From contig VRVR01000010.1 in NCBI GenBank assembly GCA_009859145.1, forward strand, positions 161,330 to 225,329: a stretch of 64,000 nucleotides of DNA. Direction: 5' to 3'. A program made the position numbers and the translations under genes. The DNA is from Andalucia godoyi And28 (lineage: Eukaryota; Protista; Jakobida). The notes below the pieces were generated by a model, which did no database searches, was not told the DNA's origin, and was given only the letters and a program-made list of their open reading frames with translations. This document shows, piece by piece, positions 36,501-48,459 of this stretch; within the stretch, counting starts at the first letter, position 1, and each line of letters begins with the position of its first letter.

Positions 36501-36940
36501 TTGACCGATATTTCCGTTTTTGACGCATCGACTTTGGCCTTCAACATTTTGACCTCTGCTCTCAATCGCTCGACAGTTGCAAAGCTATTTGCATCCTTTT
36601 TTCTCAACTCGCGATTCAGCCTCTCGACTTCTGATTTCCACCGATCTCTTTCTCCGAGTAAAATTTCAAATTCATCTTGTTTCTTCTTCAGCTCTGCCTC
36701 GTAGGACAACCGAACATCTTCCATCTTTGCAGAAAGCGTCGCTGCAAACTCGCTCCGGTCGCTTTCCTGCTTTGCCTCTGCCTCTGCCTGTCTTCGAAGC
36801 GCTTCTGTTCTCCATCGCGCAAGCTCTTCTTGTAAATGGATCAACTCGGACGATTTGAAACGAAGCCGATCTTCAGAATCCTGCATCACCAGATCAAACA
36901 AGCCTTCCAATGACTTGATGTCATCAATAAGCTTGCTCAT
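33566..36940 (-). CDS. Coiled-coil plus C-terminal NHL-repeat beta-propeller protein, 1124 aa
   Basis: Long heptad-rich segments, then NHL repeats (AFNMPYGV, VTEHGNHCVRKI, FNNPTGI, VADTENHRIRLV, FNMPIKL, FNVPAGI, VADTFNHGVR). Confidence 0.88.
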   Translation of the reverse strand: MSKLIDDIKSLEGLFDLVMQDSEDRLRFKSSELIHLQEELARWRTEALRRQAEAEAKQESDRSEFAATLSAKMEDVRLSYEAELKKKQDEFEILLGERDRWKSEVERLNRELRKKDANSFATVERLRAEVKMLKAKVDASKTEISVKDADSSEKTYNMASEVVRWKEEFYKQRVFSEQKSQVLQDKVGQLTDEVKRWKDKLYQQKLEFESELKKRNAIIDKLRNDIATGTDSAYPDSHAMSDQPLQQYAYGQPQSAAPPVRLSRLPSPPRYGEAVAGASSPGATPYGSNNSNGPNSAGNSVGVLGRTSSSASLGSPVPGGSPAVGLQRSGSSRSMFKTAVQNSSAGLPGSSPNLTPRSSFHSSDRIVNSATTPQMVRAGTLQTAQGQVQHSSSVYSEDFVHKIEKFGGVLDDKTSLVDSLIARVMRLQDELYEDRAQIHPVLSTCQSMQRQLADRTHSLELEFRTDVTSAFEKVNQLMMDAERWKSRLERASGLTLPSVSDSGSMTMVSDTVDITYETPMVLELRERIQELLGELSRWKWEAENAHRKLQKSSKGAGRLSPNLNRVDELLNRISNLEVELEENRSRGQTAESETAKWKDIALLMLPLMELLNKRSVSADSASSTPIPGAEGEEVVERALTSIRSGNSFLPMLETLLERALAHTMHGTGAAQPAVSERPPWSSNAAAAHDVQVLTLGSPTASSKGRSPSVASVNRGSPGTGASLLDPGQQQQMSLSFSSSFNQNNASVQGSSGFYVAGQEPNGSSSVSNTSAVLGVQGNASSAFSPATPPGSEPLMWTYSQPPAVQDSFVQAFIASRIDEAVFGIHGAGHLDGYVKRAAFNMPYGVTSNRAGTLVFVTEHGNHCVRKINLSDGLVVTVTNVAQGSKKNSLSQPAGLAISGDESHLLVADSKRNSVLRVDIRSGATLLIAGLPSIRGKHSVVNDLIADDEDHVYVSHTRGISKLHLKSRVFSDVCSNAQRGWQDGPLDHAMFNNPTGICFLSPSELLVADTENHRIRLVDLRGRRVSTFAGCGYAGHDDGPAQQAQFNMPIKLAYDSTRGVVFVTEAGDHIRVVDIYNRLVSTIQIAQFNVPAGICWIPSRHVLAVADTFNHGVRILSFADLQSPA

Positions 36941-37677
36941 CTCTCACTACACGATGCTCCTTCAACCCCCCCACCAACAAACAAAAGGGAGAAATGTGCT
37001 TTTTTTATTATTAAAAAATAATGATAATCTAGAAAATACAATGCATACGAAGATGAACGCCAAAAAAGAAAACAGGAATAACACACGGTGGACCGTTTTG
37101 TTCATGAGCATCAAACAACATCATACCAGAAAGCTTGTTTTATTCTAACCCTATGGAGACGCGATGCTCCTACCGTAGTCAAGTCTAGAGTTTCTTTCAT
37201 TCTTTTCTACTTCTTCTTTCCATTACTTTCTGTTTAAGGAAGCGATGACCTTTTGACTGCAGAGCAATCTGCACTGAAGAGCTGGTGCTGGCGCCCGCCC
37301 CTCCCCCCTTCAAACAAAAAAAACAAAAAAAAACACGTGGCTTGGGATCTGTCTTGGGTGACAGCTTAGCCGATGATGATCGATAATGATTCATGTTTTG
37401 GTGAGCGGAAAGGAATGTGGGTGCCGAAAAAGGCTCTGAAGACTACTGCAAGCATCAACTGATGCCTGGACCTCATTTGGCCGTTTACATCGTGTTTTAT
37501 GAATCATAAAAGAGAATTGGGATAAATTTTCGTTTTCATATGTTCGAGTGCTTTTATCATTTCTCTCGCATATATGCACATATATTCTGTTTTTTTAAAG
37601 TTCACTTAAATAATCCTTTCTTTTTTCTTATTTTTTCTTGTTATTGTTGCTGTTGCTAATTTATTCTGGTTGTAGAA

Positions 37678-39570
37678 ATGGCGGCAACTGGTTCGATTGA
37701 TCTGGAACGAGCAGTTGGTTTCAACGGATTGATACCAAGTGGACTCTCTGTTCGACGACCTCCGTCCAGTGATCTCATTTACGCTGCAGGCGGCTGCATT
37801 GTGGTCCAGTCGACTTCCGAGACAAGCGATTCTCAACAGACGTTTCTGCGGGGCCATGACTCGGATGTATCCGCAATCACATTGTCCTCGTCAGGAAGAC
37901 TTTTAGCATCCGGACAGAGAGGTCTCGACTCGGACATCGTTATTTGGGACGTGGATGCGCGTCGAGCAGCATATCGACTCGAGGAACACGACCATGGAAT
38001 CTCGTGCCTAGCATTTTCTCCGGATGAAAAACTGTGCTTTTCAAGCGGTGTCGTTGCGGATAAGAAATTGATTGTATGGGATCTAGCGTCTGGAAATATG
38101 GTTTCGACGATTTCCAACCAGTTTCAACCAGTGAACGTCATGTCCTGCGGAGGAAAAGAGCGAGATATCAAAAGAAGACCGACGCACAAATACGTCTTTG
38201 CGACGGGAGGTCCGGGGCTGTTGATTCTGTGGACACTGGATCCGCATACTGGAGAATGCACTTTCGATCGGATCAACACTGGCCACGCTGCTCGTGACTT
38301 TACATGCTTGCTGTTTTCAGAAGATGGAGAATATTTGTATGCAGGAACAAGTTCTGGGGACTTCTGTTGCGTGAACATCAAGAACAGGCTTTCAAATTCG
38401 TTTATTCCGGTGTGTTCCGGGGGAGTTTTCTCCATCGCCGGCATCAGCGACATGGAGGGATTCACGACAAGAATTGTGTGTGGTGGCGGAGACGGATCAA
38501 TAACGGTGTTCCAAGGCGACAAGGCACAATGGGTTTCGTCTAAACGAGTAACTGTTCAAGGTCCAGTAACCTCAATCGCAGTCCAGAGTCCACAGCTTAT
38601 TTATGCAGGAACGCGCAGTGGGAATGTGTACAAGATTGCCGTTCCTCCTCAAGGGGCGGCAAGCGTGACTGCTACATTGTCTGAAAGTCACGAGGGTGTT
38701 GTGGCAGATGCGTCATTCATGAAGGGCGTGTCGGACCGCGTAGCCACGTGCTCGGCAGACGGCACGATGCGGCTGTGGGACCTGAACACCTTCAAGGCAC
38801 AGTTCGTGACTTCGTATCGTTCAGTTCCGGGGATTGGGGCGCCGTGTGCAGGAGTGTTTGTTGGGGAATTGATGATTTCAGGATGGCAGGATGGAAAGAT
38901 TCGTGGTGCGGATTCGCTCGATGGACAGCATCTTTGGCAAATTGACAATGCGCACCGTGGAGGCGTAAGTTGCATTGCGGCGTCGCATAATAATCGATTC
39001 TTTACATCAGGGGGCGCAGAGGGCGAAGTACGTGTTTGGGAAGTATCGGGCCGTAAGATGGTGGTTCATCTCAAGGAGCACACTAGCCGCGTAGCTGCGT
39101 GCACGGTTTTTGACGACGATGCGCATCTGCTGACTGCTTCGCGTGACAAGTCGTTCTTGTGCTGGGATCTCAGAAGAGAAAAGAGGGTCGCGTCATTCTC
39201 ACAGAAGATGGGTGGCATCAATGACGTTGCCTTGGCTAATGACCAATGCACGGTAATCACTGTTGGCTCCGAGAAGCGAGTGACGTACTGGGACCTTCGC
39301 CAAGCAGATCCGGTTCGATCTCTCGAGTATTCTGCCGGTGCGGACCATGAAGCATCAACAGTTTCGCTCTCTCACGATAATCGATTCTTTGCGACGGGAG
39401 GCACGGACCAAGTCGTTCGTTTGTGGGATACAAGAACAGGACGGGTTCTGAACGAAGGCCCTGGACACTCCGGCACGATTTGCAGAGTGCGGTTCTCCCC
39501 GGACGACAGACAACTTGTAAGCGTGGGGTCGGATGGCTGCATGTTCGTGTGGAACGTCTGGAACGAATAA
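37678..39570 (+). CDS. CFAP52/WDR16-like WD40 flagellar protein, 630 aa
   Basis: N-terminal LERAVGFNG...LIYAAG...FLRGH...LASGQ and C-terminal GHSGTICRVRFSPDDRQLVSVGSDG match the CFAP52 family. It may be a paralog rather than the ortholog. Confidence 0.85.
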   Translation: MAATGSIDLERAVGFNGLIPSGLSVRRPPSSDLIYAAGGCIVVQSTSETSDSQQTFLRGHDSDVSAITLSSSGRLLASGQRGLDSDIVIWDVDARRAAYRLEEHDHGISCLAFSPDEKLCFSSGVVADKKLIVWDLASGNMVSTISNQFQPVNVMSCGGKERDIKRRPTHKYVFATGGPGLLILWTLDPHTGECTFDRINTGHAARDFTCLLFSEDGEYLYAGTSSGDFCCVNIKNRLSNSFIPVCSGGVFSIAGISDMEGFTTRIVCGGGDGSITVFQGDKAQWVSSKRVTVQGPVTSIAVQSPQLIYAGTRSGNVYKIAVPPQGAASVTATLSESHEGVVADASFMKGVSDRVATCSADGTMRLWDLNTFKAQFVTSYRSVPGIGAPCAGVFVGELMISGWQDGKIRGADSLDGQHLWQIDNAHRGGVSCIAASHNNRFFTSGGAEGEVRVWEVSGRKMVVHLKEHTSRVAACTVFDDDAHLLTASRDKSFLCWDLRREKRVASFSQKMGGINDVALANDQCTVITVGSEKRVTYWDLRQADPVRSLEYSAGADHEASTVSLSHDNRFFATGGTDQVVRLWDTRTGRVLNEGPGHSGTICRVRFSPDDRQLVSVGSDGCMFVWNVWNE

Positions 39571-40001
39571 CGTAAAATACTGTAATAAATCACAAAAAAA
39601 ATGGAAAGCAAGCAGAAAGAACGACAGAGATTTCAGAATCAAACATCGTAATTAATTTTATTTTATTTTATTTTATTTGATAAGAAGAAGGAATGCCTGT
39701 GTGTTCAGGTCGACGCCTACATTGTACTCCAAGCATGGCGCATCAGTTGCTGGCCAATCCATGTTCAGTCTTGCAGCAGAATGACGATGGACTGGGACGT
39801 ATATATATATAATTTTTTTAAAAAAAGAGGGGACCGAATGGAATAATTATAACATTGTCTGAAATGTCTGGGGGAGTGTGGGAAAAGAGTAGGCCGTGCG
39901 AATTACAAGTTGGATCATTTAGAATACGAGATGTGGTTTTTATTTATGCGTGCAGGACGATGGACGTCATGGGCTCACTCGCTTGCGAACGGTTCGTGGG
40001 T

Positions 40002-41174
40002 TCAATCGCTTCGGTGGTTCTGGTTCCAGCCAAAATACTTCCACACAGGAACCATGTGATCCGGGAGAGGCGCGACGATCCGAACCCGGGAACCGCCATC
40101 CACACGCTCAAATTTGCCATCTCCGTCTGGGTAGGGAAGGGTGATGGAGCGAGAAAACAGTTGAAGACCAATCGACTCGTTGAATGCGGGAACCAAGTGT
40201 GCGGCAACACCCAACCCCGATCCATACTTTTCATCTCCAATAATGGGAGCGCGCAGCGCCTCTGCACAGTGCACACGAATCTGGTGCTTTCGTCCCGTTT
40301 CAGGATACAATTCGACAAACGCACTGGATTTACCAGCGTGATCAATCTCGAGATATTCCGTGACTGCGGAAACGCGCATGCTGGGATCTTCTGTGGGAAC
40401 AATCTTCAGCGAGCCCATGACTCTGATCGCGTCTTTGCTAAGCGACATTTTGATGCGACCCTCTGGCGTCTGTGGTCTTGCAGACAGTGCAGCCCAGTAA
40501 ACCTTGGACAACCGATCCCCTTCGCGCTTTGCCAGATTTCCACCAAGCGATACTGCGGCTTCTCGCGTCCGCGCAAGAACCAGGCATCCAGCAACATCCT
40601 TGTCAAGACGGTGGACCAGTCTTGGCACCTCCTTCGATTCAAACTTCAAACACTCCAACATGCCGTCCACATGTGCAGTCAACTTGGGGCCGCCTTGTGT
40701 CGCGAGTCCAGCGGGTTTGTTGAGAATGAGAACATGCTCATTCATGAACAACACTCGTTTTCTGAATTCTGCAGCTTCGGCATCGGACAAATACACAGTC
40801 TTTTTCGTTCTGCCAGCTCCTTCGGCAGCTACCGCAATGTCTGCGCCCATTGGAACCGACAACTTGTCTCCCATCTGCAATTTGTACGAACCTTCAATCT
40901 TGTGCCCCTTGGAGCCGTCATGCAAGCGAACACGCCCCGTTCGAAGCATCTTTTGCGAGACAGAGAACGGAACACCCAGTCGAGCAGAAAGAAACTTGTC
41001 CACTCGATCTCCAACAACATCTGTAGGAATCTCTTGAATTGTGAACGACGCAGGCTTCACGACGGGCTCGTCCACCACCGCTGCACTGCTGCTGAAACAC
41101 CTGCACGACGCAGGCGTGAATCTCCTCTGGACGCGGAACCCCAGGCATGCACTTCCGCGAGTTGCGAGGAACAT
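40002..41174 (-). CDS. RluA-family (RluC-like, S4 domain) pseudouridine synthase, likely mitochondrial, 390 aa
   Basis: Presequence-like N-terminus, S4 domain (RVDKFL), NKPAGLATQGG, catalytic LVHRLDKD, TGRKHQIRVH and PIIGDEKYG. The poly-VC extension in the ORF track is the microsatellite. Confidence 0.92.
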   Translation of the reverse strand: MFLATRGSACLGFRVQRRFTPASCRCFSSSAAVVDEPVVKPASFTIQEIPTDVVGDRVDKFLSARLGVPFSVSQKMLRTGRVRLHDGSKGHKIEGSYKLQMGDKLSVPMGADIAVAAEGAGRTKKTVYLSDAEAAEFRKRVLFMNEHVLILNKPAGLATQGGPKLTAHVDGMLECLKFESKEVPRLVHRLDKDVAGCLVLARTREAAVSLGGNLAKREGDRLSKVYWAALSARPQTPEGRIKMSLSKDAIRVMGSLKIVPTEDPSMRVSAVTEYLEIDHAGKSSAFVELYPETGRKHQIRVHCAEALRAPIIGDEKYGSGLGVAAHLVPAFNESIGLQLFSRSITLPYPDGDGKFERVDGGSRVRIVAPLPDHMVPVWKYFGWNQNHRSD

Positions 41175-41182
41175 TGCTGATT

Positions 41183-41344
<162 letters not shown>

Positions 41345-42375
41345 TAAAATGACTGTGCTAATAACTTTAAATAACATAAACGATGTTTGAAATCAATGAG
41401 AGCGAAAATCATCAGGACTCGCAGTTCGGGCTTTCGAGGCTGGCAGAACCGGGCGTTTTTGTCCCGACTCGCTAGTGACAAGGCGAAAAAAAACTGCTTC
41501 TCACAAATGCGGCAACCAGCAACATGCATAAGCATACGTTAACAACAAGCAAACGAAAATGAGAGTCCGGATTTGTTCGCTTAACCACCCAAGGTTCGAA
41601 GCTGTTTAGATTGAATAGCCGGTTCACGTTTTCTTTTCTTTTTACCATGCGATGCCAATGCACATGACCCGCTGCCACGCTGTGCAAGACGTATAACATT
41701 CCCCCCGACGCTGGGCCGTCCGCACCGGGTCCATTCCACAGCCGAGTGGTGTGCGGGACGAGAACCAAGTCCCACTCAACAAGCGGCGCGTGACTGCGAA
41801 TACATCAACAGAGCCGCGCAACCTGACGACGAACATGCATCGCAAGCTTGCAAAATTGCTGTGTGAGGGAACATGACTGCATTCTACTTCCGAAATTCGA
41901 CCCCCCGTCTCGTATGGTGCGGAGGGAGCCGGCAGAAGGGAAGAAGCGCCGCGTTGGAGGGTGCTTGCATGTCCACAGTGTGCATGCCGGATTGATCGCG
42001 ATTCGAATGGTGCGCGCAACGACATTTATCTCAAGAACGGCTGCAAGGCGTGTTGGGGCCTAGCCCCTTCTTCTCGTCCATGGCGACATGGCCCGGGTTG
42101 CAACATTTGATTACGGCATGACTAGCGATGGTCATGCGTACTCAGTGTACAATGTAGACGACGCGAGTGGTGGTGGTGAGACAATAGTATTGTGGCACTG
42201 TAATCTACAAATGAACGTTTACAAATACTAAAAACATAATACGGCAAGCTTCTTGATGAAACATAATGGTGGTGCAGTGACGATGAGTAAACGGGCTCCG
42301 TGAGAGTTGAGACCACACATCATCGTCATCGTTGGCGGTGGCGGCTAGTGCGAGGCGCGGAAGGAGAAACCGCAT

Positions 42376-43990
42376 TCAATACTTTGAAGAATCTTGGGCA
42401 GCCTTGGCCTTTTCTGCAAGCGTCTTGATGACACGCTTGATAACGTTCTTATCCAGCTTGATATTGATACACAATTTGATGGATGGCGTCCATTCCTCAT
42501 CGGAAATGGTGGAGCGCGCGGGTGCGTCACTCGTCACTGAGAATCTCCACACGGACAGTAAAGCCTTGTCTTGTGCTGATACCTGGTCCACAATTTGCTG
42601 CAAGACGGCATCTACCCGCGTCGGGCTCAATCGCAAAGCAGGCTGTGTCAGGAAGTTGACATCGACGTGAATGAGTGCAGACGGGGCAGAACCACGAACA
42701 GTTAGGACATCCGAGTACAATCGCAGCTGCTCATGTGCAAACGAAGCGAGATCCTGCAACTTTTGGACCATTGCAGGATCCGAGTCGATGCGATCCAGTG
42801 CCTGGATCGAGGCAGTAGCCAAAAATGTGGGCAACGATGCTGAGAAGCAGTATCCAGAACCGGATAAGCGCTGATGATCACACACGATCTCCGAGCCTAT
42901 GCAGAACCCGCCGACGGATGCAGTCGCATTTCCGAGACCCGCTGTGATCATGTCAACCTCGTTGCACTCCATTCCCCAGTGCTCTGCAGTTCCACGCCCC
43001 GTCTTGCCCAAGGTTCCAATTCCAAATGAATCGTCCATAATCACACGGAACTTGTACTCTCTCCCAAGTTCCACAATGCGCTTAAGTGGTGCAATGTCGC
43101 CCGAGTTCGCGTACAGACCTTCGATTACAATGTACTTGCGAACGGATGCCTGGTGCTTCTTAGAAATCGACTTGTTCACTGCGGTTAGTGCTGCAATGAG
43201 AGAATTGACGTCATTATGTTCGAAAAACGTCAGATGCGAGCGCGAAAGTTCACAACCAACTTGAACAGCCATGCTCAGACCTTTATCCAGCACAATGTGA
43301 TCTCCGCGCTTCGCAAATGCAGGTATCACAGAGGCAATGGTCGCAAAATCGTAAGAATACAATATTGCAGAGTCCATCCGGAAAAATTCCTTCAAGCGCT
43401 TTTCCAGCGCAAGATGAACATCAACAGTTCCGTAGAATCCACGAGGCCCGCATGTTCCAACGCCATACTTGCGAATCGTGGATTCACATGCGTCTAAAAT
43501 CTGCTTGTCGCCGCCCAAAGCAAGGAAGTTGGAAGTTGCCATATCCACCCGCTCGCTTCCATCCGCCAGGACAACTTTGCCAGGCAAAACACTGCTCACA
43601 CACCCACACGCATTTCCCCATCTTCATTAGAACCGTGTACAGCAAAAAGGGAAAAAGAACATGACCTAAGGAAGATGACCCGTGAAACGTATTAGACATG
43701 GAGCAGGAAGAGAGAACATACGCAGAAATAAGAGGACCGTCAACTGGAGAATCAGCAACCTTGTTTGCCTCCGCTACGGGACACAGAGGTTCGGGAACCC
43801 ACTCTTTGCACAGCGCCTCGACTTCTTTCGAAGTCAGCTTTTCTCGCATGAGGTTTCGCATCGTCAATTTTTGAAAATAAACTTTTTGCGGAATGAGATA
43901 TGCGAGAAAAACGAGAAACAAGGACTCGAGAATAATGTGGTACGGATTTGCTTCCCATTCCTGTAGCAGAAAGGACGCTATCGAATCCAT
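42376..43990 (-). CDS. SPTLC1: Serine palmitoyltransferase subunit LCB1; join(43990..43722,43591..42376), about 494 aa
   Basis: N-terminal TM helix, EWVPEPL, NFLAL, KYGVGTCGPRGFYGTVDVH, EGLYANSG and GYCFSASLP. Asn replaces the PLP lysine (GLGNATAS), as expected for LCB1. One GTATGT intron. Confidence 0.95.
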
Positions 43991-44573
43991 CGTCGTCCCA
44001 CGAACAGCCAGTTTAGTAATAATATAAGAGTAACAAATAACGATGAATTAAAAAATTTAAATACTAAAATAAATAAATAAATAAATAAAACGAAGAAAAG
44101 AAAAAGAAAAAGACATACAGCAAGAAGAAACGAGAAACGAGAGAATGAAGAAAAAAATCACAGAGAGGACATGGAAGGCAGTTCGTGAGTCGGGAAACTG
44201 GTGAGGGTCTCGTGTTTTTCCGAGTGACTTTGGCCGCGGACGAGGAGGGGAACGTGTGTGTACAGCAGTCAGCACAACTGTGCTTTTGCTGGATTTTGTC
44301 CTTTCCGACCGACCGGCCCTTTCACGGCAGGCATGTGTACTCGTATTTCGTAATATGGAAAATATATAGAGGACGGATCCAACCGCTTACTAACCACAAT
44401 TTATGATCCATGCGGTGTTTTTCTAGCAAACCTGGGTCCCGAACTTTTGAACACGTTCAGTACGACGAGTTCAAAAAGACCATCCTCGCTTCTAAGGAGT
44501 GATTGGACTCATTTGTGGAAGGCGCTCGCGAAGTCCACGTTTGCCTTCATTCGTCCACACATCGGTACATTCG

Positions 44574-45989
44574 TCAGAGTCTGAGAGGAGGAGATGAATC
44601 GGGGGTGGCAGAAAAAAGAATGTTCTTAACGACGCACTTCGACAAGACTGCGACATGCATGGGGCTCCAGTCCTCCCCGGCATCTCTATTGAGACCAAAA
44701 AGGCGATTTGCATCGTCAAGTTTTCGAAAGAGCGAGTGCACGGCGTCGAAACCAGTGCACATTTTGGAAGCGGCAACGGTCGGGCGAAGAAGACCGTCGG
44801 TGCAAACATCGTCTTTGGAAGAATGCAGATTAGGGCAGAGGATAAACAGACGATCTTGGATATGACGATGTCGAAAGCACTCCACGACAGCAGCACCAAT
44901 ATCATTGCCTGGGCTGACCATTTCTGCAGACCGGGAACATATGAGAATCAGGTGCGCTTCACGGAGCAACGGATGCCGAACGTACGAAAAGGATGCCAAG
45001 TCCTTGTGCCGCAACAGCACGTGTTTCTCATGGATAATAAAACGATCTGCCATTGCCTCCTTTAACAGATCCACAAGCCGGGAACAGCGCTCCAAGCCCC
45101 TCTCCACCGAGATCATCTGGTCTCCCAATATGCAGATGCTCACGTGTCGTTTTCCAACACCCGATATGTCGGTCAGCTTCGACGAAGACACCGACCGTGA
45201 GACAGAAGCATCCGTTCCAGGAGGAGGACAATAACCCACTGTCGGCTCCCCTTGCTTATGCATTTCAACAGCAGTCGTCTTGGCTTTGGAAGACAGCAGT
45301 AACGCATGAGCACTTGCGTTGTGATTTCGAGAATCATTGTTGTCGAAATCCGCACGTCTCGATGCTTGCTGAACGATGCCCAGGTCGGGAAGAGACGCCG
45401 AAACCGTGAGCTGCGACGAACTGGAGCTTCTGCGCCTAGCATGGTCTCTGTTGATCACCGTTGGCGCAGACGTGTCGATCCGGACATGATGCTCATGAAG
45501 ATGAGGATGTGGCCTGCTGTCGGTAGCACTGGACAACGAGCCCGATTCATCCGAGGAGACGATTGTAGAAATGGACTCTTCCGATGGCGAGGCAGAAATA
45601 CTGTCGGGATACCCTTGACTCAATGTCGATTTTGCTGCAGCATGCGTGAGCACAACGGAAAAGACAAACCGAACTGGAACACGATTGAACATATCATACA
45701 AGAACGGCATGTTGTTCCGGGTGCAATAGCTTTTGGCAGGGGGCCGAGGACATTGACCCTCGGTTGTCTTCTGTGGGTTCGCTGCGCTTCCTGCGCGTTT
45801 GGAAATCCCTGCTTCCTCTTCAGAGCTGTGTGGTGCGCCGAAAGGCTCCAAGACTCGAACGTCTTCCAGCTGGAGCGATACTTCCACGCTTGCATCCGCA
45901 CCGAGTTTCTGATGTGCGAATTCACAGAGACCTTCGTAGCTTGGGTGCTCCAGCAGATCAACAGGAGACAACTCACATAAGAACCGCAT
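44574..45989 (-). CDS. Hypothetical protein with a C-terminal degenerate small-GTPase-like domain, about 471 aa
   Basis: Long ORF with an uncertain start; see the corresponding finding for motif mapping. Confidence 0.6.
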   Translation of the reverse strand: MRFLCELSPVDLLEHPSYEGLCEFAHQKLGADASVEVSLQLEDVRVLEPFGAPHSSEEEAGISKRAGSAANPQKTTEGQCPRPPAKSYCTRNNMPFLYDMFNRVPVRFVFSVVLTHAAAKSTLSQGYPDSISASPSEESISTIVSSDESGSLSSATDSRPHPHLHEHHVRIDTSAPTVINRDHARRRSSSSSQLTVSASLPDLGIVQQASRRADFDNNDSRNHNASAHALLLSSKAKTTAVEMHKQGEPTVGYCPPPGTDASVSRSVSSSKLTDISGVGKRHVSICILGDQMISVERGLERCSRLVDLLKEAMADRFIIHEKHVLLRHKDLASFSYVRHPLLREAHLILICSRSAEMVSPGNDIGAAVVECFRHRHIQDRLFILCPNLHSSKDDVCTDGLLRPTVAASKMCTGFDAVHSLFRKLDDANRLFGLNRDAGEDWSPMHVAVLSKCVVKNILFSATPDSSPPLRL

Positions 45990-46467
45990 AAGGAGGTCAA
46001 AACGTGTATACGTACGCAGATCGCAGACACATCCAACCCACAAAAAAAAAAGATTAAGTGTTAAACATTTGATTTTTCAACAAACACAAAAAGAGAAAGC
46101 AGGTTTGACTACTTCCTCCTCTTTTTAATTTTTAAAAATCGAAAAACGAAGGAAAATACAACGTATGGGTGATAATCCTGTGTTCCCTCCCGGCAGTCAT
46201 AGAACACGTCAGCTCCACGCTCCAATAAAAACCCAAACGAGAAGTTTGGAACGGAGTTTTTTCCTCATTTCCTGTTTCACGATTAGCGATTTGTATCTGT
46301 TCCTCTTGAACTTGTTGGAGCATTCCAGCGTCAAAGCAGAACCCAACCCCCCCCCGGCTCCAAAAAAAAAAACCGAAGCAGCTGCAACATCAGGAGACCA
46401 CGATGGCAGCACATAACGGCCCTTCTGCTGATGATGAATGGATGGTGACGAGGGTCCCGTTTCCTGG

Positions 46468-46502
46468 GTCCATCGTCCATCGTCCATCGTCCGTCGTCCA
46501 TT
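46468..46502. repeat. 7-bp tandem repeat (GTCCATC)x5, imperfect
   Basis: Read directly in the divergent intergenic region upstream of PGM. Confidence 0.85.
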
Positions 46503-46590
46503 CATAGCGATCGATAGAAGGGCAGCATCTGCTGTATCACGGGCCACTTGAGGTTTTACTTCAAGCTTTGCCTTCAAGTGCCAAAATTAG

Positions 46591-48360
<1,770 letters not shown>

Positions 48361-48459
48361 ATTCGAAAGGGCTTCTTCTGCCTGTCTATCCGTCTGTCTG
48401 TCTTCTTTGTTCACGTTTTCCCTCTTCAACGTTGATAAGTTGTGTATCGTAAAAGCTGA

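Noticed and set aside
37145-37153. CTAACCCTA as a telomerase RNA template or telomeric remnant
   Set aside because: A single 9-mer with no supporting structure; expected by chance in 64 kb.
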